A stretch of DNA of 64,000 nucleotides. Source: Pseudomonadota bacterium. GTDB lineage: Bacteria; Pseudomonadota; Alphaproteobacteria; Caulobacterales; Caulobacteraceae. The stretch's first letter is position 1. The number at the start of each line of letters is the position of its first letter. Location of the stretch: assembly GCA_040752615.1 (NCBI GenBank), contig JBFMGV010000092.1:45659-109658 (forward strand), in the 5' to 3' direction. Positions 16,621-28,507 of this stretch are shown piece after piece. Under the pieces are notes generated by a model. It did not search any database. It was not told where the DNA came from and worked only from the letters and a program-made list of their open reading frames with translations. A program made the translations under genes and the position numbers.

Positions 16621-18099
16621 TCAGGCGGCGCGGAGGTCGGCGGTGGCGGATACGCCCACGGCCTCCAGCAGCTCACGCCGGCCCGGGGCGCCCAGGGCGG
16701 GATAGAGGTCGGCGTTGGCCTTCTTGCCCCGCGCCCAGACCTTCATGATCTTGGCGACGTTGCGGGGCCGCTTCAGCCAGGCCTGGGGGTGCTCCAGCAT
16801 GTGGAAGCCGCGCATGAACTCGCGCAGCAGGTCGACGTCGTCACGGATCGCCACCGCCACGCCATCCTCGAGGAACGCCTTCACCACCCGGCCCTTGAGC
16901 GAGCCCTTGGTCGGCGGGCGCAGGGCCGCCTCGGCGCGGCGGATGGCCGAGCGGTCGGCCTGGCGCATGACGTCGTAGTAGGGACGCAGCTCGCGCTCGA
17001 GGCCGTCGCGATAGATCATCAGGCGCGCGGCCGGATGCGGGCTCGCCGCGAGGCTGTCGGCGAGCAGGTAGGCGCTGACGGCGGCGAACGAGCAGCCCCG
17101 GCCGTAGAGCGGATTGGTCCGCACCACGCAGTCGCCGACGGGGAAGAAGCCCTGCACGGCGGCGACGCCGGCGGGCGTGGTCTCGCGCCAGCGGCTTTCC
17201 AGCTGACCCATCCCGAAGACGCGGCTGGTGGACTCGGCCTTGGCCGGGTCGATCCACGGGGCGACGCCCTTGAGCTGGCGGCAGATGGCGTCGAACACCT
17301 CGGGGTCGACGATGGACTTGCGCAGCTCCTCCTCGACCTCGGGGACGCAGAGGGTGACCGAGAAGCAGCCGTTGTCGCCCGGGAAGATCCCGAACTTCAG
17401 GAAGCCGAGGTCGCCGGTGGTGGAGCCCGAGCCCCGCGGCGGTTCGGCCTCGCCCGGTAGCAGCCGGTAGTGGCGCGTGAAGTAGACGACGCCGCAGGGC
17501 TCCGAGCTCTCGGGGATGACCGCGCCGGCCTCGGCCAGCCACTCGTAGGCCTGGGAGGTGCGGCCCGCCGCGTCGACCACGACGTCGGCGGAGAGCTCGG
17601 TTCCGTCCTCGAGCACGACGCCGGTGACGGTGGGCGGCGAGCCGGGCTGGAGGGTCAGCCCCTTCACGAATGTCCGGGGGCGCATCGTGACGCCGGCCAG
17701 ACCCTCGGCGTAGCGGCGCATCACCAGTTCCAGCGTCGTGCGCCGGCTGGTGAGGATCGCCAGGTCCGCGTCGATGGGCGCGGGGACGTACTTCGGCTTG
17801 TGGCGGGCGGTGAGCGAGCCCTCGAAGCCGAGTTCGCGGACGCCGGCCGCGTGAAGCTGGTCCAGCAGCGCCGGGTGGTGGTCGCGGACGAGGGTGCGCA
17901 GGCGGGCGAGGAACGCGTGACTGTGGCGCAGGTGGCCGACGCCGCGCCGCTGCCAGTCCTGGAAGGCGGCGTCGGGCCCGCCTTCGGGCGGCGGCGGGTC
18001 GCGGTCGAGCACGATGACCTCGCGCTCCGGACCGGCCAGGGCCATCGCGGTCCACAGGCCCGCCATTCCAGCGCCGATCACCAGCACACGTTCGACCAT
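16621..18099 (-). CDS. FAD-dependent oxidoreductase/monooxygenase
   Basis: N-terminal 'VLVIGAGMAGLWTAMAL...VIVLDRD' dinucleotide fold. GAGGAG SD upstream of the ATG at 18099. Confidence 0.8.
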   Translation of the reverse strand: MVERVLVIGAGMAGLWTAMALAGPEREVIVLDRDPPPPEGGPDAAFQDWQRRGVGHLRHSHAFLARLRTLVRDHHPALLDQLHAAGVRELGFEGSLTARHKPKYVPAPIDADLAILTSRRTTLELVMRRYAEGLAGVTMRPRTFVKGLTLQPGSPPTVTGVVLEDGTELSADVVVDAAGRTSQAYEWLAEAGAVIPESSEPCGVVYFTRHYRLLPGEAEPPRGSGSTTGDLGFLKFGIFPGDNGCFSVTLCVPEVEEELRKSIVDPEVFDAICRQLKGVAPWIDPAKAESTSRVFGMGQLESRWRETTPAGVAAVQGFFPVGDCVVRTNPLYGRGCSFAAVSAYLLADSLAASPHPAARLMIYRDGLERELRPYYDVMRQADRSAIRRAEAALRPPTKGSLKGRVVKAFLEDGVAVAIRDDVDLLREFMRGFHMLEHPQAWLKRPRNVAKIMKVWARGKKANADLYPALGAPGRRELLEAVGVSATADLRAA

Positions 18100-18186
18100 G
18101 CCGTTCTCCTCTTGAGGACGGCGGCGACTGTATCAGATGTTCGACTTTACGCTGCGGAGCCGGCGGAACCGGCCGGGCGGCGCGGA

Positions 18187-18921
18187 TCAGGCGGGGGCGC
18201 CGGGACGCTTGAGGTTGGCGGCGCGGGCGCTGGCGACGGCGGCCTTCAGGGCGTTGATGTCGGCGCCGTGGATCACCTGGTCGCCGACGATGAAGGCCGG
18301 GGTGCCGTCGATCTTGAGCTCGCGGGCCAGGTCGTGGGCGTCGGTGATCTGCTTCTCGATCTCGGGCGCGCTGGCGGCGGCGCGGGCGGCGGCGGGATCG
18401 ATGCCGGCGGTGCGCAGGCTGCGGTCGATGGCCGCCTGGTCCAGCGGCTTCTGCGCCATCAGGTTGGCGTAGAGCGGCAGCGGATTGGCGCGGGCGGCGG
18501 GCGTCAGGGCGATCTTCGCCGCGGCCACCGAATCCTCGGTCTGGAAGGCGAACTGCTTGAAGACCAGGCGCACGTCCGGGTTTTCCTGCATCAGCTTCAC
18601 GACCTCTGGGGCCACCAGCTTGCAGTAGCCGCAGTTGAAGTCGAAGAACTCGACCACGGTGATCGTGCCCGCCGGATTGACCACCACGTCGCGCGGGTCG
18701 CGCTCGAGCTGGGCGCGGAACTTGCCGATGGCCGCCTTGGAGGCGTTGGCCTGCTCGGCCTGTTCCTTCTCGCGCAGCTTCACCGCCATTTCCTGCAGGA
18801 TCTCGGGGTGCTGCAGCAGGTAGGCGCGGACCTTCTGGCCGAAGGCGTCGTCGGGCTTCTTCTCACAGCCGGAAAGGGCGAGGACGGCCGCGGAGACGGC
18901 GAGGAGGGCGGTTCGGGTCAT
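18187..18921 (-). CDS. DsbA-family thiol:disulfide oxidoreductase lipoprotein
   Basis: Lipobox 'LALSGC' and active site 'CGYC'. Start reset to 'MTRTALLAV' at 18921. Confidence 0.85.
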   Translation of the reverse strand: MTRTALLAVSAAVLALSGCEKKPDDAFGQKVRAYLLQHPEILQEMAVKLREKEQAEQANASKAAIGKFRAQLERDPRDVVVNPAGTITVVEFFDFNCGYCKLVAPEVVKLMQENPDVRLVFKQFAFQTEDSVAAAKIALTPAARANPLPLYANLMAQKPLDQAAIDRSLRTAGIDPAAARAAASAPEIEKQITDAHDLARELKIDGTPAFIVGDQVIHGADINALKAAVASARAANLKRPGAPA

Positions 18922-18949
18922 CTGGTCCGTAGGTCTTGGTGCGGGCGGG

Positions 18950-20341
18950 CTATTGCCGCTTGGAGGTGGTCGAGCCCTCGCGGGCCAACTCGCGCAGATC
19001 CTCGCGGGTGGGCTCGGCGACGAGGACGATGTCGGTGGCCCTGCGCCACTCGGGCGTGCCGCGGTCCAGCATCTCGCGGGCGCGCATGGCGAACACCCGG
19101 GCCTGGCGCTTGTCGCCGATGTAGAAGTTGTACTCGGCGGTGGCGAGGCGGGCTTGGCCGTCCTGGCCCAGCTTGTCATAGGCCTCGGCGAGGATGCGCC
19201 AGGCGACGGCGTTGTCCTCTTCTTGGGTGAGCGCCTTCTTCAGCTCGGTGATGCCTTCGCCGACCTTGGTCTTGTCGTCGAGGGCGACGAGGGTCTGGCC
19301 GAGGTTGACCCTCAGCAGGGGCGCGCCGGGCTTGAGCTCGACCGAGCGACGCTGCGGGGCCTCGGCCTCGGGCGTACGGCCGAACTCGAACAGGATCTGG
19401 CCCTTCAACTCCCAGAGATAGGGATTGTCGGGATAGTCCTGGAGCAGGGCGTCGATCAGCTTCAGCGCCCGATCGGGCTCCTTGAGCTGGTAGTAGGCGA
19501 TGGCGCGGGCGTAGCGCGACGGATAGTCGGTGGCCTTCTCGTCGTACTTGGTGATGGCCACGCCCGGGTTGAGGAAGCCGTCCAGCTTGGCCTTCATGAC
19601 CGCGTGCTGGGCCATGGCCTCGGGGCTGTCCTTCTTGTTGTAGTTCGGCTGCACCTCGACCTTGCGGCGCAGGGATTCGATCCGGTCGGACGAGATCGGG
19701 TGGCTTCGGAAGTAGGCGAAGCGCCGGGCCTCGTCGAAGACCTCCTGATAGCGGAAATTGTCGAAGAACTCGGCGAGGCCCTCGCCCGAGAGACCGGCCT
19801 TGTCGAGCAGCATGGCGCCGGCCTGGTCGGCCCGGCCTTCCTGCTCGCGGCTGTAGCCGAGGGCGCCCAGGGTGCCGAAGTAGCTGGCGCTGCCGGCCAG
19901 GCCAGCGGCGGCCTCGGGCGCGCCGGCGATGGCGGCCAGGACGCCGAGGCCCATGGTCAGCAGGAAGGGCTTCATGCCGGCCGAGTTCATCTCGTCACGC
20001 CGGAAGCTGTGGCCGGCGGCGAGGTGGCCGACTTCGTGGGCGATGACGCCCTGAAGCTCGTTGGGGTTATCGGCCTCGAGAATCAGGCCGGTGTTGAAGC
20101 CCATCACGCGCGGGCCGGCGAAGGCGTTCAGCTCCTTGGAGCCGACGATCAGGATCTCGACGTTCTTGGGATCGATGCCGGCCGCGTTGAGGATCGGTTC
20201 GGAGTCCTTCTTGAGGATCTCCTCGATCTCGGTGTCGCGGATGAGCATCTGGGCCGAGGCCTGGGAGGCCGAGAGCGCCAATGCCATGGCCGCCGAGGCG
20301 GCGAGGGCGAAGCGAGCGACCGACCGGGCAGGGGAGACCAT
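18950..20341 (-). CDS. M48 metalloprotease with TPR domain (BepA/YfgC-like)
   Basis: 'HEVGHLAAGH' HExxH motif, a signal peptide, and C-terminal TPR-like repeats. Start reset to 'MVSPARS' at 20341. Confidence 0.85.
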   Translation of the reverse strand: MVSPARSVARFALAASAAMALALSASQASAQMLIRDTEIEEILKKDSEPILNAAGIDPKNVEILIVGSKELNAFAGPRVMGFNTGLILEADNPNELQGVIAHEVGHLAAGHSFRRDEMNSAGMKPFLLTMGLGVLAAIAGAPEAAAGLAGSASYFGTLGALGYSREQEGRADQAGAMLLDKAGLSGEGLAEFFDNFRYQEVFDEARRFAYFRSHPISSDRIESLRRKVEVQPNYNKKDSPEAMAQHAVMKAKLDGFLNPGVAITKYDEKATDYPSRYARAIAYYQLKEPDRALKLIDALLQDYPDNPYLWELKGQILFEFGRTPEAEAPQRRSVELKPGAPLLRVNLGQTLVALDDKTKVGEGITELKKALTQEEDNAVAWRILAEAYDKLGQDGQARLATAEYNFYIGDKRQARVFAMRAREMLDRGTPEWRRATDIVLVAEPTREDLRELAREGSTTSKRQ

Positions 20342-20494
20342 TCTCTTCAACACTCTCGACGTTCGATCCCCCGAAGCCGCAGCGATGCTAGAGCGGGCCT
20401 CCGGAAAGTGGAAACCCCTTTTGCGTGCGCGCGACACCCGCGTGAGAGATGGGCGCGCCGCCGGGACCTTGCCAGGCCCGGCGGCGGCACAATC

Positions 20495-23137
20495 CTAGCC
20501 TCGACGCCACCAGCCGCGGCGCGGCGCGGGGGCCGGCCCCGAGATCTCGTTCGGATCCGGGGCGCGGGGCGCGGGCTCGGGCTCGGCTGCCGGAGCCGGT
20601 TCCGGCTCGGCGACAGCCGCCACGGGCTCGGGTTCGGCCTGGGGCGCGGCCTCGGCGGCGGGCGCTTCCGCGGGAGCCTCGACGGCCTTCTTGCGGCTGC
20701 GGGCGCGCTTCGGCTTGGCCGGAGCTTCCTCGGCGACCACGGCCGGTTCGGCGACCGGCTCGGGCGCCGGGGCGACCTCGGGGGCGACCTCGGGTTCGGG
20801 CTCGGGCGGCGGGGCCAGGGCCTCGGCCGGCGCGGCCTCGACCGCCTCGGCGGCGTCACGGCCACGACCGCGGCTGCGGCTGCGGCGGGCGCGCTTCGGC
20901 TTTTCCTCGGCCTCGGGCAGTTCGACCCAGATGTCCTCGTCGCTCTCGGCGGCGGCGCGGCGCGCCACGGGGGCGGCCTCGGCCTTCGGAGCGGCGGGCG
21001 CCGGCTCGGGCGACGGGGGCGCGGCGACGGGCTTCAGGTCTTCCGCCGGGTCGTACCACACGAAGGGATCATCGCCGTAGGGCACCCACGGACGGACCCA
21101 CGAGAAGGCGTCCTGCGGGCGCTGGTCGTCACGCATCCGGCGGCCGCCGCGGCGGCCACGACGGCGGCGACGGCCCTCGCGGTCCTCGTCGCTCTCGGCG
21201 CGCGGCGCGCGGTCTTCGCGCTCGCCGCCCTCGGGACGATCACCAGCCTCACGCGGCTCGTCGCCACGACGGCCACGGCGACGGCGCCGACGGCCACGGC
21301 GCTCGCCGCCGTCGTCCTCACGCCGGTTGCGGGCGTGCGGCTGGTCGTCGTCGGTGTCCTCGCGCTCGAGTGCTTCCTCGTCCTCGTCCTCGTCGACCTC
21401 TTCGTCTTCCTCGTCCTCGAAGACCTCGTCGTCGAACTCGTCCTCGGCGGAGGGCGCGTAGGGCGGGGCGGTGACGGCGGCCGGCGGCGCGTGGTCGGCG
21501 CGGGTCTCCATCGCGGTCCGCTCGATCACGTGATCGGCGTGGGCCATCTCGTCGTCGATGACGATGGTGACGAACAGGCCGAACGCCTGGTGCAGGCGCG
21601 CCAGGTGGCCGCGCTTCTCGTTCAGGATGTAGAGGCCCACGGCGCGCGGGGCGCGCAGGGTGACTTCACCACCGCCCTTCAGCGCCTCGATCTCCAGCGC
21701 CCGCAGCGAGGCCAGCGCCGAGGATTCGACCGAGCGCACCCGACCGGTGCCCTGGCAGTGCTCGCAGACGTGGGTGGTGCCTTCCAGCACGCCGGTGCGG
21801 CGGCGCTGGCGGCTGATCTCCATGAGGCCGAACGGGCTGATCTTGCCCATCTGGACCCGCGCGCGGTCGTCCTTGAGGCAGTCCTTCAGCTTCTTCTCGA
21901 CGGCGCGGTTGTTCTTCGCCTCATCCATGTCGATGAAGTCGATGACGATCAGGCCGGCGAGGTCGCGCAGGCGCAACTGGCGGGCGGCTTCCTCGGCCGC
22001 CTCCATGTTGGTCTTCAGCGCCGTGGCCTCGATGTTGCGCTCACGCGTGGCGCGGCCCGAGTTCACGTCGACGGCGACCAGCGCCTCGGTCTGATTGATG
22101 ACGAGATAGCCGCCGGAACGCAGCGGCACGACCGGCGAGTAGATCTGCGCCAGGTGTTCCTCGACCCGGTGCTTCACGAACAGGGGCGCGGCGTCGCGGT
22201 AGAGCTGCACCTTCTTGGCCTGCGACGGCATCAGCATGCGCATGAAGTCGCGCGCTTCGCGGAAGCCGGCCTCGCCCTCGACGAACACGTCGTCGATGTC
22301 CTTGTCGTAGAGATCGCGGATCGTGCGCTTCACGAGGTCTTCTTCCTCGTAGATGAGCGCCGGCGCGATCGAGTGCAGCGTCTTCTCCCGGATGTTCTCC
22401 CAGAGGCGCAGCAGATAGTCGTAGTCGCGCTTGATCTCGGCCTTGGTGCGCTTGGCGCCGGCCGTGCGGACGATCAGGCCCATGCCTTGCGGCACTTCCA
22501 GGCTGGTGACGACGCTCTTGAGGCGCTTGCGGTCGGTGACCGTGGTGATCTTGCGCGAGATGCCGCCGCCACGGGCGGTGTTCGGCATCAGGACGCCGTA
22601 GCGGCCGGCCAGCGACAGGTAGGTGGTCAGGGCCGCGCCCTTGTTGCCACGCTCTTCCTTGACGACCTGGACCAGCATGATCTGCCGGCGGCGGATCACT
22701 TCCTGGATCTTGTAGCGGCGCATCAGCCGGCGGCGACGGCGCGCCAGCTCTTCCTCCATGACGTCGTCTTCGTCGTCGGAGGCGTTCAGGTCGAGCTCGT
22801 CCTCGTCCTCGGGATGACGGGCCTTGGGCTCGGGACGGTCGTCGTCATGATCCTCGGCCTCTTCGCGCAGCAGGGCTTCGCGGTCGGCGACCGGGATCTG
22901 GTAGTAGTCGGGGTGGATTTCGTTGAAGGCCAGGAAGCCGTGGCGATTGCCGCCGTATTCCACGAAGGCCGCCTGCAGCGACGGCTCAACGCGCGTCACC
23001 TTGGCGAGATAGATATTCCCTCGGAGCTGCTTGCGGTTCTGGCTCTCGAAATCGAACTCTTCAACGCGGTTCCCATCGACGACCACCACACGCGTCTCTT
23101 CCGCGTGGGCTGCGTCGATCAACATCGTCTTGGTCAT
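20495..23137 (-). CDS. rne: Ribonuclease E
   Basis: S1 domain 'RGNIYLAKVTRVEPSLQAAFVEYG', catalytic-domain motifs, the 'CEHCQGTG' Zn-link, then a long tail of alternating acidic and Arg-rich blocks. Start at 'MTKTMLID' (23137). Confidence 0.93.
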   Translation of the reverse strand: MTKTMLIDAAHAEETRVVVVDGNRVEEFDFESQNRKQLRGNIYLAKVTRVEPSLQAAFVEYGGNRHGFLAFNEIHPDYYQIPVADREALLREEAEDHDDDRPEPKARHPEDEDELDLNASDDEDDVMEEELARRRRRLMRRYKIQEVIRRRQIMLVQVVKEERGNKGAALTTYLSLAGRYGVLMPNTARGGGISRKITTVTDRKRLKSVVTSLEVPQGMGLIVRTAGAKRTKAEIKRDYDYLLRLWENIREKTLHSIAPALIYEEEDLVKRTIRDLYDKDIDDVFVEGEAGFREARDFMRMLMPSQAKKVQLYRDAAPLFVKHRVEEHLAQIYSPVVPLRSGGYLVINQTEALVAVDVNSGRATRERNIEATALKTNMEAAEEAARQLRLRDLAGLIVIDFIDMDEAKNNRAVEKKLKDCLKDDRARVQMGKISPFGLMEISRQRRRTGVLEGTTHVCEHCQGTGRVRSVESSALASLRALEIEALKGGGEVTLRAPRAVGLYILNEKRGHLARLHQAFGLFVTIVIDDEMAHADHVIERTAMETRADHAPPAAVTAPPYAPSAEDEFDDEVFEDEEDEEVDEDEDEEALEREDTDDDQPHARNRREDDGGERRGRRRRRRGRRGDEPREAGDRPEGGEREDRAPRAESDEDREGRRRRRGRRGGRRMRDDQRPQDAFSWVRPWVPYGDDPFVWYDPAEDLKPVAAPPSPEPAPAAPKAEAAPVARRAAAESDEDIWVELPEAEEKPKRARRSRSRGRGRDAAEAVEAAPAEALAPPPEPEPEVAPEVAPAPEPVAEPAVVAEEAPAKPKRARSRKKAVEAPAEAPAAEAAPQAEPEPVAAVAEPEPAPAAEPEPAPRAPDPNEISGPAPAPRRGWWRRG

Positions 23138-23570
23138 TAGTCTCTCCGCGGCGCGCTGCGTCCCAGAAGGAGGAGCGCTGCCGGATATGGGGACGAGCGC
23201 GCGCGGGGGCTCCGGCGACGCCGCAAAGGGCGCCTCGGGAGGCCTCAGGGCCAAAGGTGGCTCGAGCTGCGCAGCTCATCGAGTGTGTTCCTGCGCGCCG
23301 GTTGGGGCGCGGAAGGGATGTAAGCGCGGTCTCCGAGAACTCGGTCGATCCCGACGCTGGGTGGCTTTTCGCGCGGCGGTCGGGCCCGGAACGGGCGCTG
23401 CGACGTCGCGCGGCGGGACATTGCAACAAGGGGCCACAAAAAGAAAGCGCGCGCTCACGCTAACCGCAAATGGCGCGCAACACCTCGTTAACCCTTTGTC
23501 CACAGGCGCACCAACTATATAGGCGCCGGGTTCGCGCCATGCGAATCTCCGTTCTCTTTCGAGGCGTTGG

Positions 23571-24791
23571 ATGATCGGGCGGCTGACAAAGGCGCTGGCA
23601 GGCAACCGGAGGCGGGCGATCGCCGCCACCGCGGCCGCCTGCGTGGGCCTCGCCGCCTTCGCCGTCGGCCATGCCGCCACCGAGACCGTTTCCCTGCTGA
23701 AGGTGCGGATGGGCGGCGACGCCGCCGAAACCCGGCTGGTGGTCGAGCTGGACGGCGCCACCAGCGCCAAGCTGGTCGCCGACGGCGCGCTGGACCGTCG
23801 GGTCGTGCTGCTGATGCCCAACGTCACGGCGATCCAGGTGCAGCAGGGCGCCGGCCGCGGCGTCGTGAAGGCCTGGATGATCGACCAGGCGCAGGGCGGG
23901 GCGCGGCTGCAGATGGACCTGGCGGGCGACGCCAAGGTCAAGCGCCGCTTCCTGCTGCCGCCCGCCGACGGCATCCCCAGCTATCGCTACGTGATCGACG
24001 TCGCCGCCTCGTCCGCGCCCGGCGCGGTGATGGCCTCGGCGCCGGCCGCGCGGGTCCAGCCCACGCCGCAGATCCGCCCGCAGTTCGTTCCCGAGAAGAA
24101 GCCCGCGCTGCCGCTCAAGAAGGTGGTGGTGATCGACGCCGGACATGGCGGACGCGACGTGGGCGCCAAGGGCGTGCAGGGCTATGAGAAGGACCTGAAC
24201 CTCGCCGCGGCGCTGACGCTGGCCGACCAGCTCGGCCGGACCGGGCGCTACAAGGTGGTGATGACGCGGTCGACCGACGTCTACATCCCGCTTCAGGACC
24301 GTGTCCGCGTCGCCCAGCGCGCCGGGGCGGACCTGTTCATCTCGCTCCACTCCGACTCGGCGCCCGAGACGCACCTGGAGGGCGTCAGCGTCTACACGCT
24401 GTCGGACCAGGCCTCGCGCCGGGCGACGCAGTTCGTCAGCCAGAACGACTGGTTCATGAAGGCCAGCCTGTCGGGCGACCAGGGCGTGCGCGACATCCTG
24501 TTCGACCTGACCCAGCGGGCCACGCGCAACCGCTCGGCGGTGTTCGCCCAGACGCTGGTGACCAACATCGAGGGCAAGGCGCCGATGCTGCGCCGCAGCC
24601 ATCGCGACGCCGGCTTCATGGTGCTGCTGGCCCCCGACGTGCCGGCCGTGCTGCTGGAGATGGGCTTCGTCAACAACCCGGCCGACGAGGCGCGGCTGCG
24701 CGATCCCGGCCAGCGGGCCCGCCTCATGCGCGCGGTCACCCAGTCGATCGATTCCCACTTCGGCGGCGAAGTCCGGCTGGCGTCGCGCTGA
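23571..24791 (+). CDS. amiC: N-acetylmuramoyl-L-alanine amidase (AMIN domain + amidase_3), AmiC-like
   Basis: N-terminal signal sequence, AMIN-like 'TRLVVELDGA', and catalytic 'VVVIDAGHGGRDVGA ... SLHSDS ... LLEMGFVNN'. Confidence 0.85.
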   Translation: MIGRLTKALAGNRRRAIAATAAACVGLAAFAVGHAATETVSLLKVRMGGDAAETRLVVELDGATSAKLVADGALDRRVVLLMPNVTAIQVQQGAGRGVVKAWMIDQAQGGARLQMDLAGDAKVKRRFLLPPADGIPSYRYVIDVAASSAPGAVMASAPAARVQPTPQIRPQFVPEKKPALPLKKVVVIDAGHGGRDVGAKGVQGYEKDLNLAAALTLADQLGRTGRYKVVMTRSTDVYIPLQDRVRVAQRAGADLFISLHSDSAPETHLEGVSVYTLSDQASRRATQFVSQNDWFMKASLSGDQGVRDILFDLTQRATRNRSAVFAQTLVTNIEGKAPMLRRSHRDAGFMVLLAPDVPAVLLEMGFVNNPADEARLRDPGQRARLMRAVTQSIDSHFGGEVRLASR

Positions 24792-24810
24792 CGCAGCCGT
24801 CTCGTGGGCG

Positions 24811-27321
<2,511 letters not shown>

Positions 27322-27385
27322 CGCCGGGTTGTCGTGAGCGCCGGCTCGGGCTAGACCCCGCGCCCTTGGATTTAGGAGTCTCTCC

Positions 27386-28499
27386 ATGAGAGCGGATGTC
27401 GAGGCCGCCAAGGCCGACATCGAGCAGTCGATCGAACTGCTCAGGAGGCGTCTTTGACTGGGAACCTGCCCTCCGAAAACTAGACGAGCTGAACGCGCGG
27501 GTCGAAGACCCGACGCTGTGGGACAATCCGGCCGAGGCCCAGGCCGTCAGCCGTGACCGCTCGCGGCTGGCCGCGTCGGTCGATGCGGTGCTCTCCCTGC
27601 AACGCGATCTCGAGGACGCGCTGGGCTATGCCGAGATGGCCGACGAGGAGGGCGACGAAGCCAGCCTCGAGGAAGCCCGCGCGCAGCTGAAGGCGATCAA
27701 GGAACGCGTCGGCCGCGCCGAGCTGGAGGCGTTGCTCTCCGGCGAGGCCGACGGCAACGACGCCTTCGTGGAAATCAACTCCGGCGCGGGCGGCACCGAG
27801 TCCAACGACTGGGCCGGGATGCTGCTGCGGATGTACTCGCGCTGGGCCAAGGCCCACGGGATGGACGTGGAGTTCCTGGAAGAGACCTCGGGCGAGCAGG
27901 CTGGCATCAAGTCGGTGACGCTGCAGGTCAAGGGCACGAACGCCTACGGGTGGCTGAAGACCGAGGGCGGGGTTCACCGCCTGGTCCGCATCTCGCCCTT
28001 CGACGCGGCGGCCAAGCGGCACACCAGCTTCGCCTCGGTCTGGGTCTATCCGGTGGTTGACGACACCATCGAGATCGAGATCAACCCTTCGGACGTGCGC
28101 ACCGACACCTATCGGGCCTCGGGCGCGGGCGGCCAGCACGTCAACAAGACGGACTCGGCCGTGCGCCTGACCCACATCCCGACCGGGATCGTGGTGGCCT
28201 GTCAGAACCAGCGCTCGCAGCACCAGAACCGCGATCAGGCCTGGAAGCAGCTGAAGGCGCGGCTCTACGAGGCCGAACTGGCCAAGCGGGAGGCCGCGGC
28301 CCAGGCCCTGGAAGACCAGAAGACCGACATCGGCTGGGGCCACCAGATCCGCAGCTACGTCCTGCAGCCGTATCAGATGGTCAAGGACCTCCGGACCAAC
28401 GTCGAGACCTCGGACACCCAGGGCGTGCTGGACGGCGACCTGGACGAGTTCATGGGCGCGGCGCTGGCCCAGCGCGTCGGGGCGACGCGGGAGGGCTGA
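27386..28499 (+). CDS. prfB: Peptide chain release factor 2 (two frames joined by programmed +1 frameshift at 27452-27458)
   Basis: ATG at 27386 with SD AGGAG. Frame 0 ends at codon 24 in CTT-TGA-C, and the +1 frame continues as the track ORF. Motifs 'SPF' and 'GGQ' are present. Confidence 0.93.
27443..27458 (+). promoter_or_regulatory. prfB: prfB recoding site: internal SD AGGAGG, 3-nt spacer, CTT TGA C
   Basis: Read directly: AGGAGG at 27443-27448, CTT at 27452-27454 and TGA at 27455-27457, followed by C. Confidence 0.9.
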
Positions 28500-28507
28500 T
28501 CCGGCGA

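Noticed and set aside
20357-20372. tRNA-like T-loop sequence GTTCGATCCCCC between the M48 gene and rne
   Set aside because: The flanking bases do not form a T-stem, acceptor stem or anticodon arm. There is no tRNA-sized cloverleaf.
18953-23140. 1395-aa ORF on the plus strand, the longest in the track
   Set aside because: It lies exactly antisense to the M48 protease and rne genes. Its composition is Gly/Ala/Arg/Leu/Val-rich with no recognisable motifs. The opposite strand encodes unmistakable RNase E. This is a typical shadow ORF of a high-GC genome.
23496-23504. DnaA box TTGTCCACA in the rne/amidase spacer
   Set aside because: It has one mismatch to the consensus and no partner box. It is too weak to call as a feature, so it is mentioned only within the leader finding.
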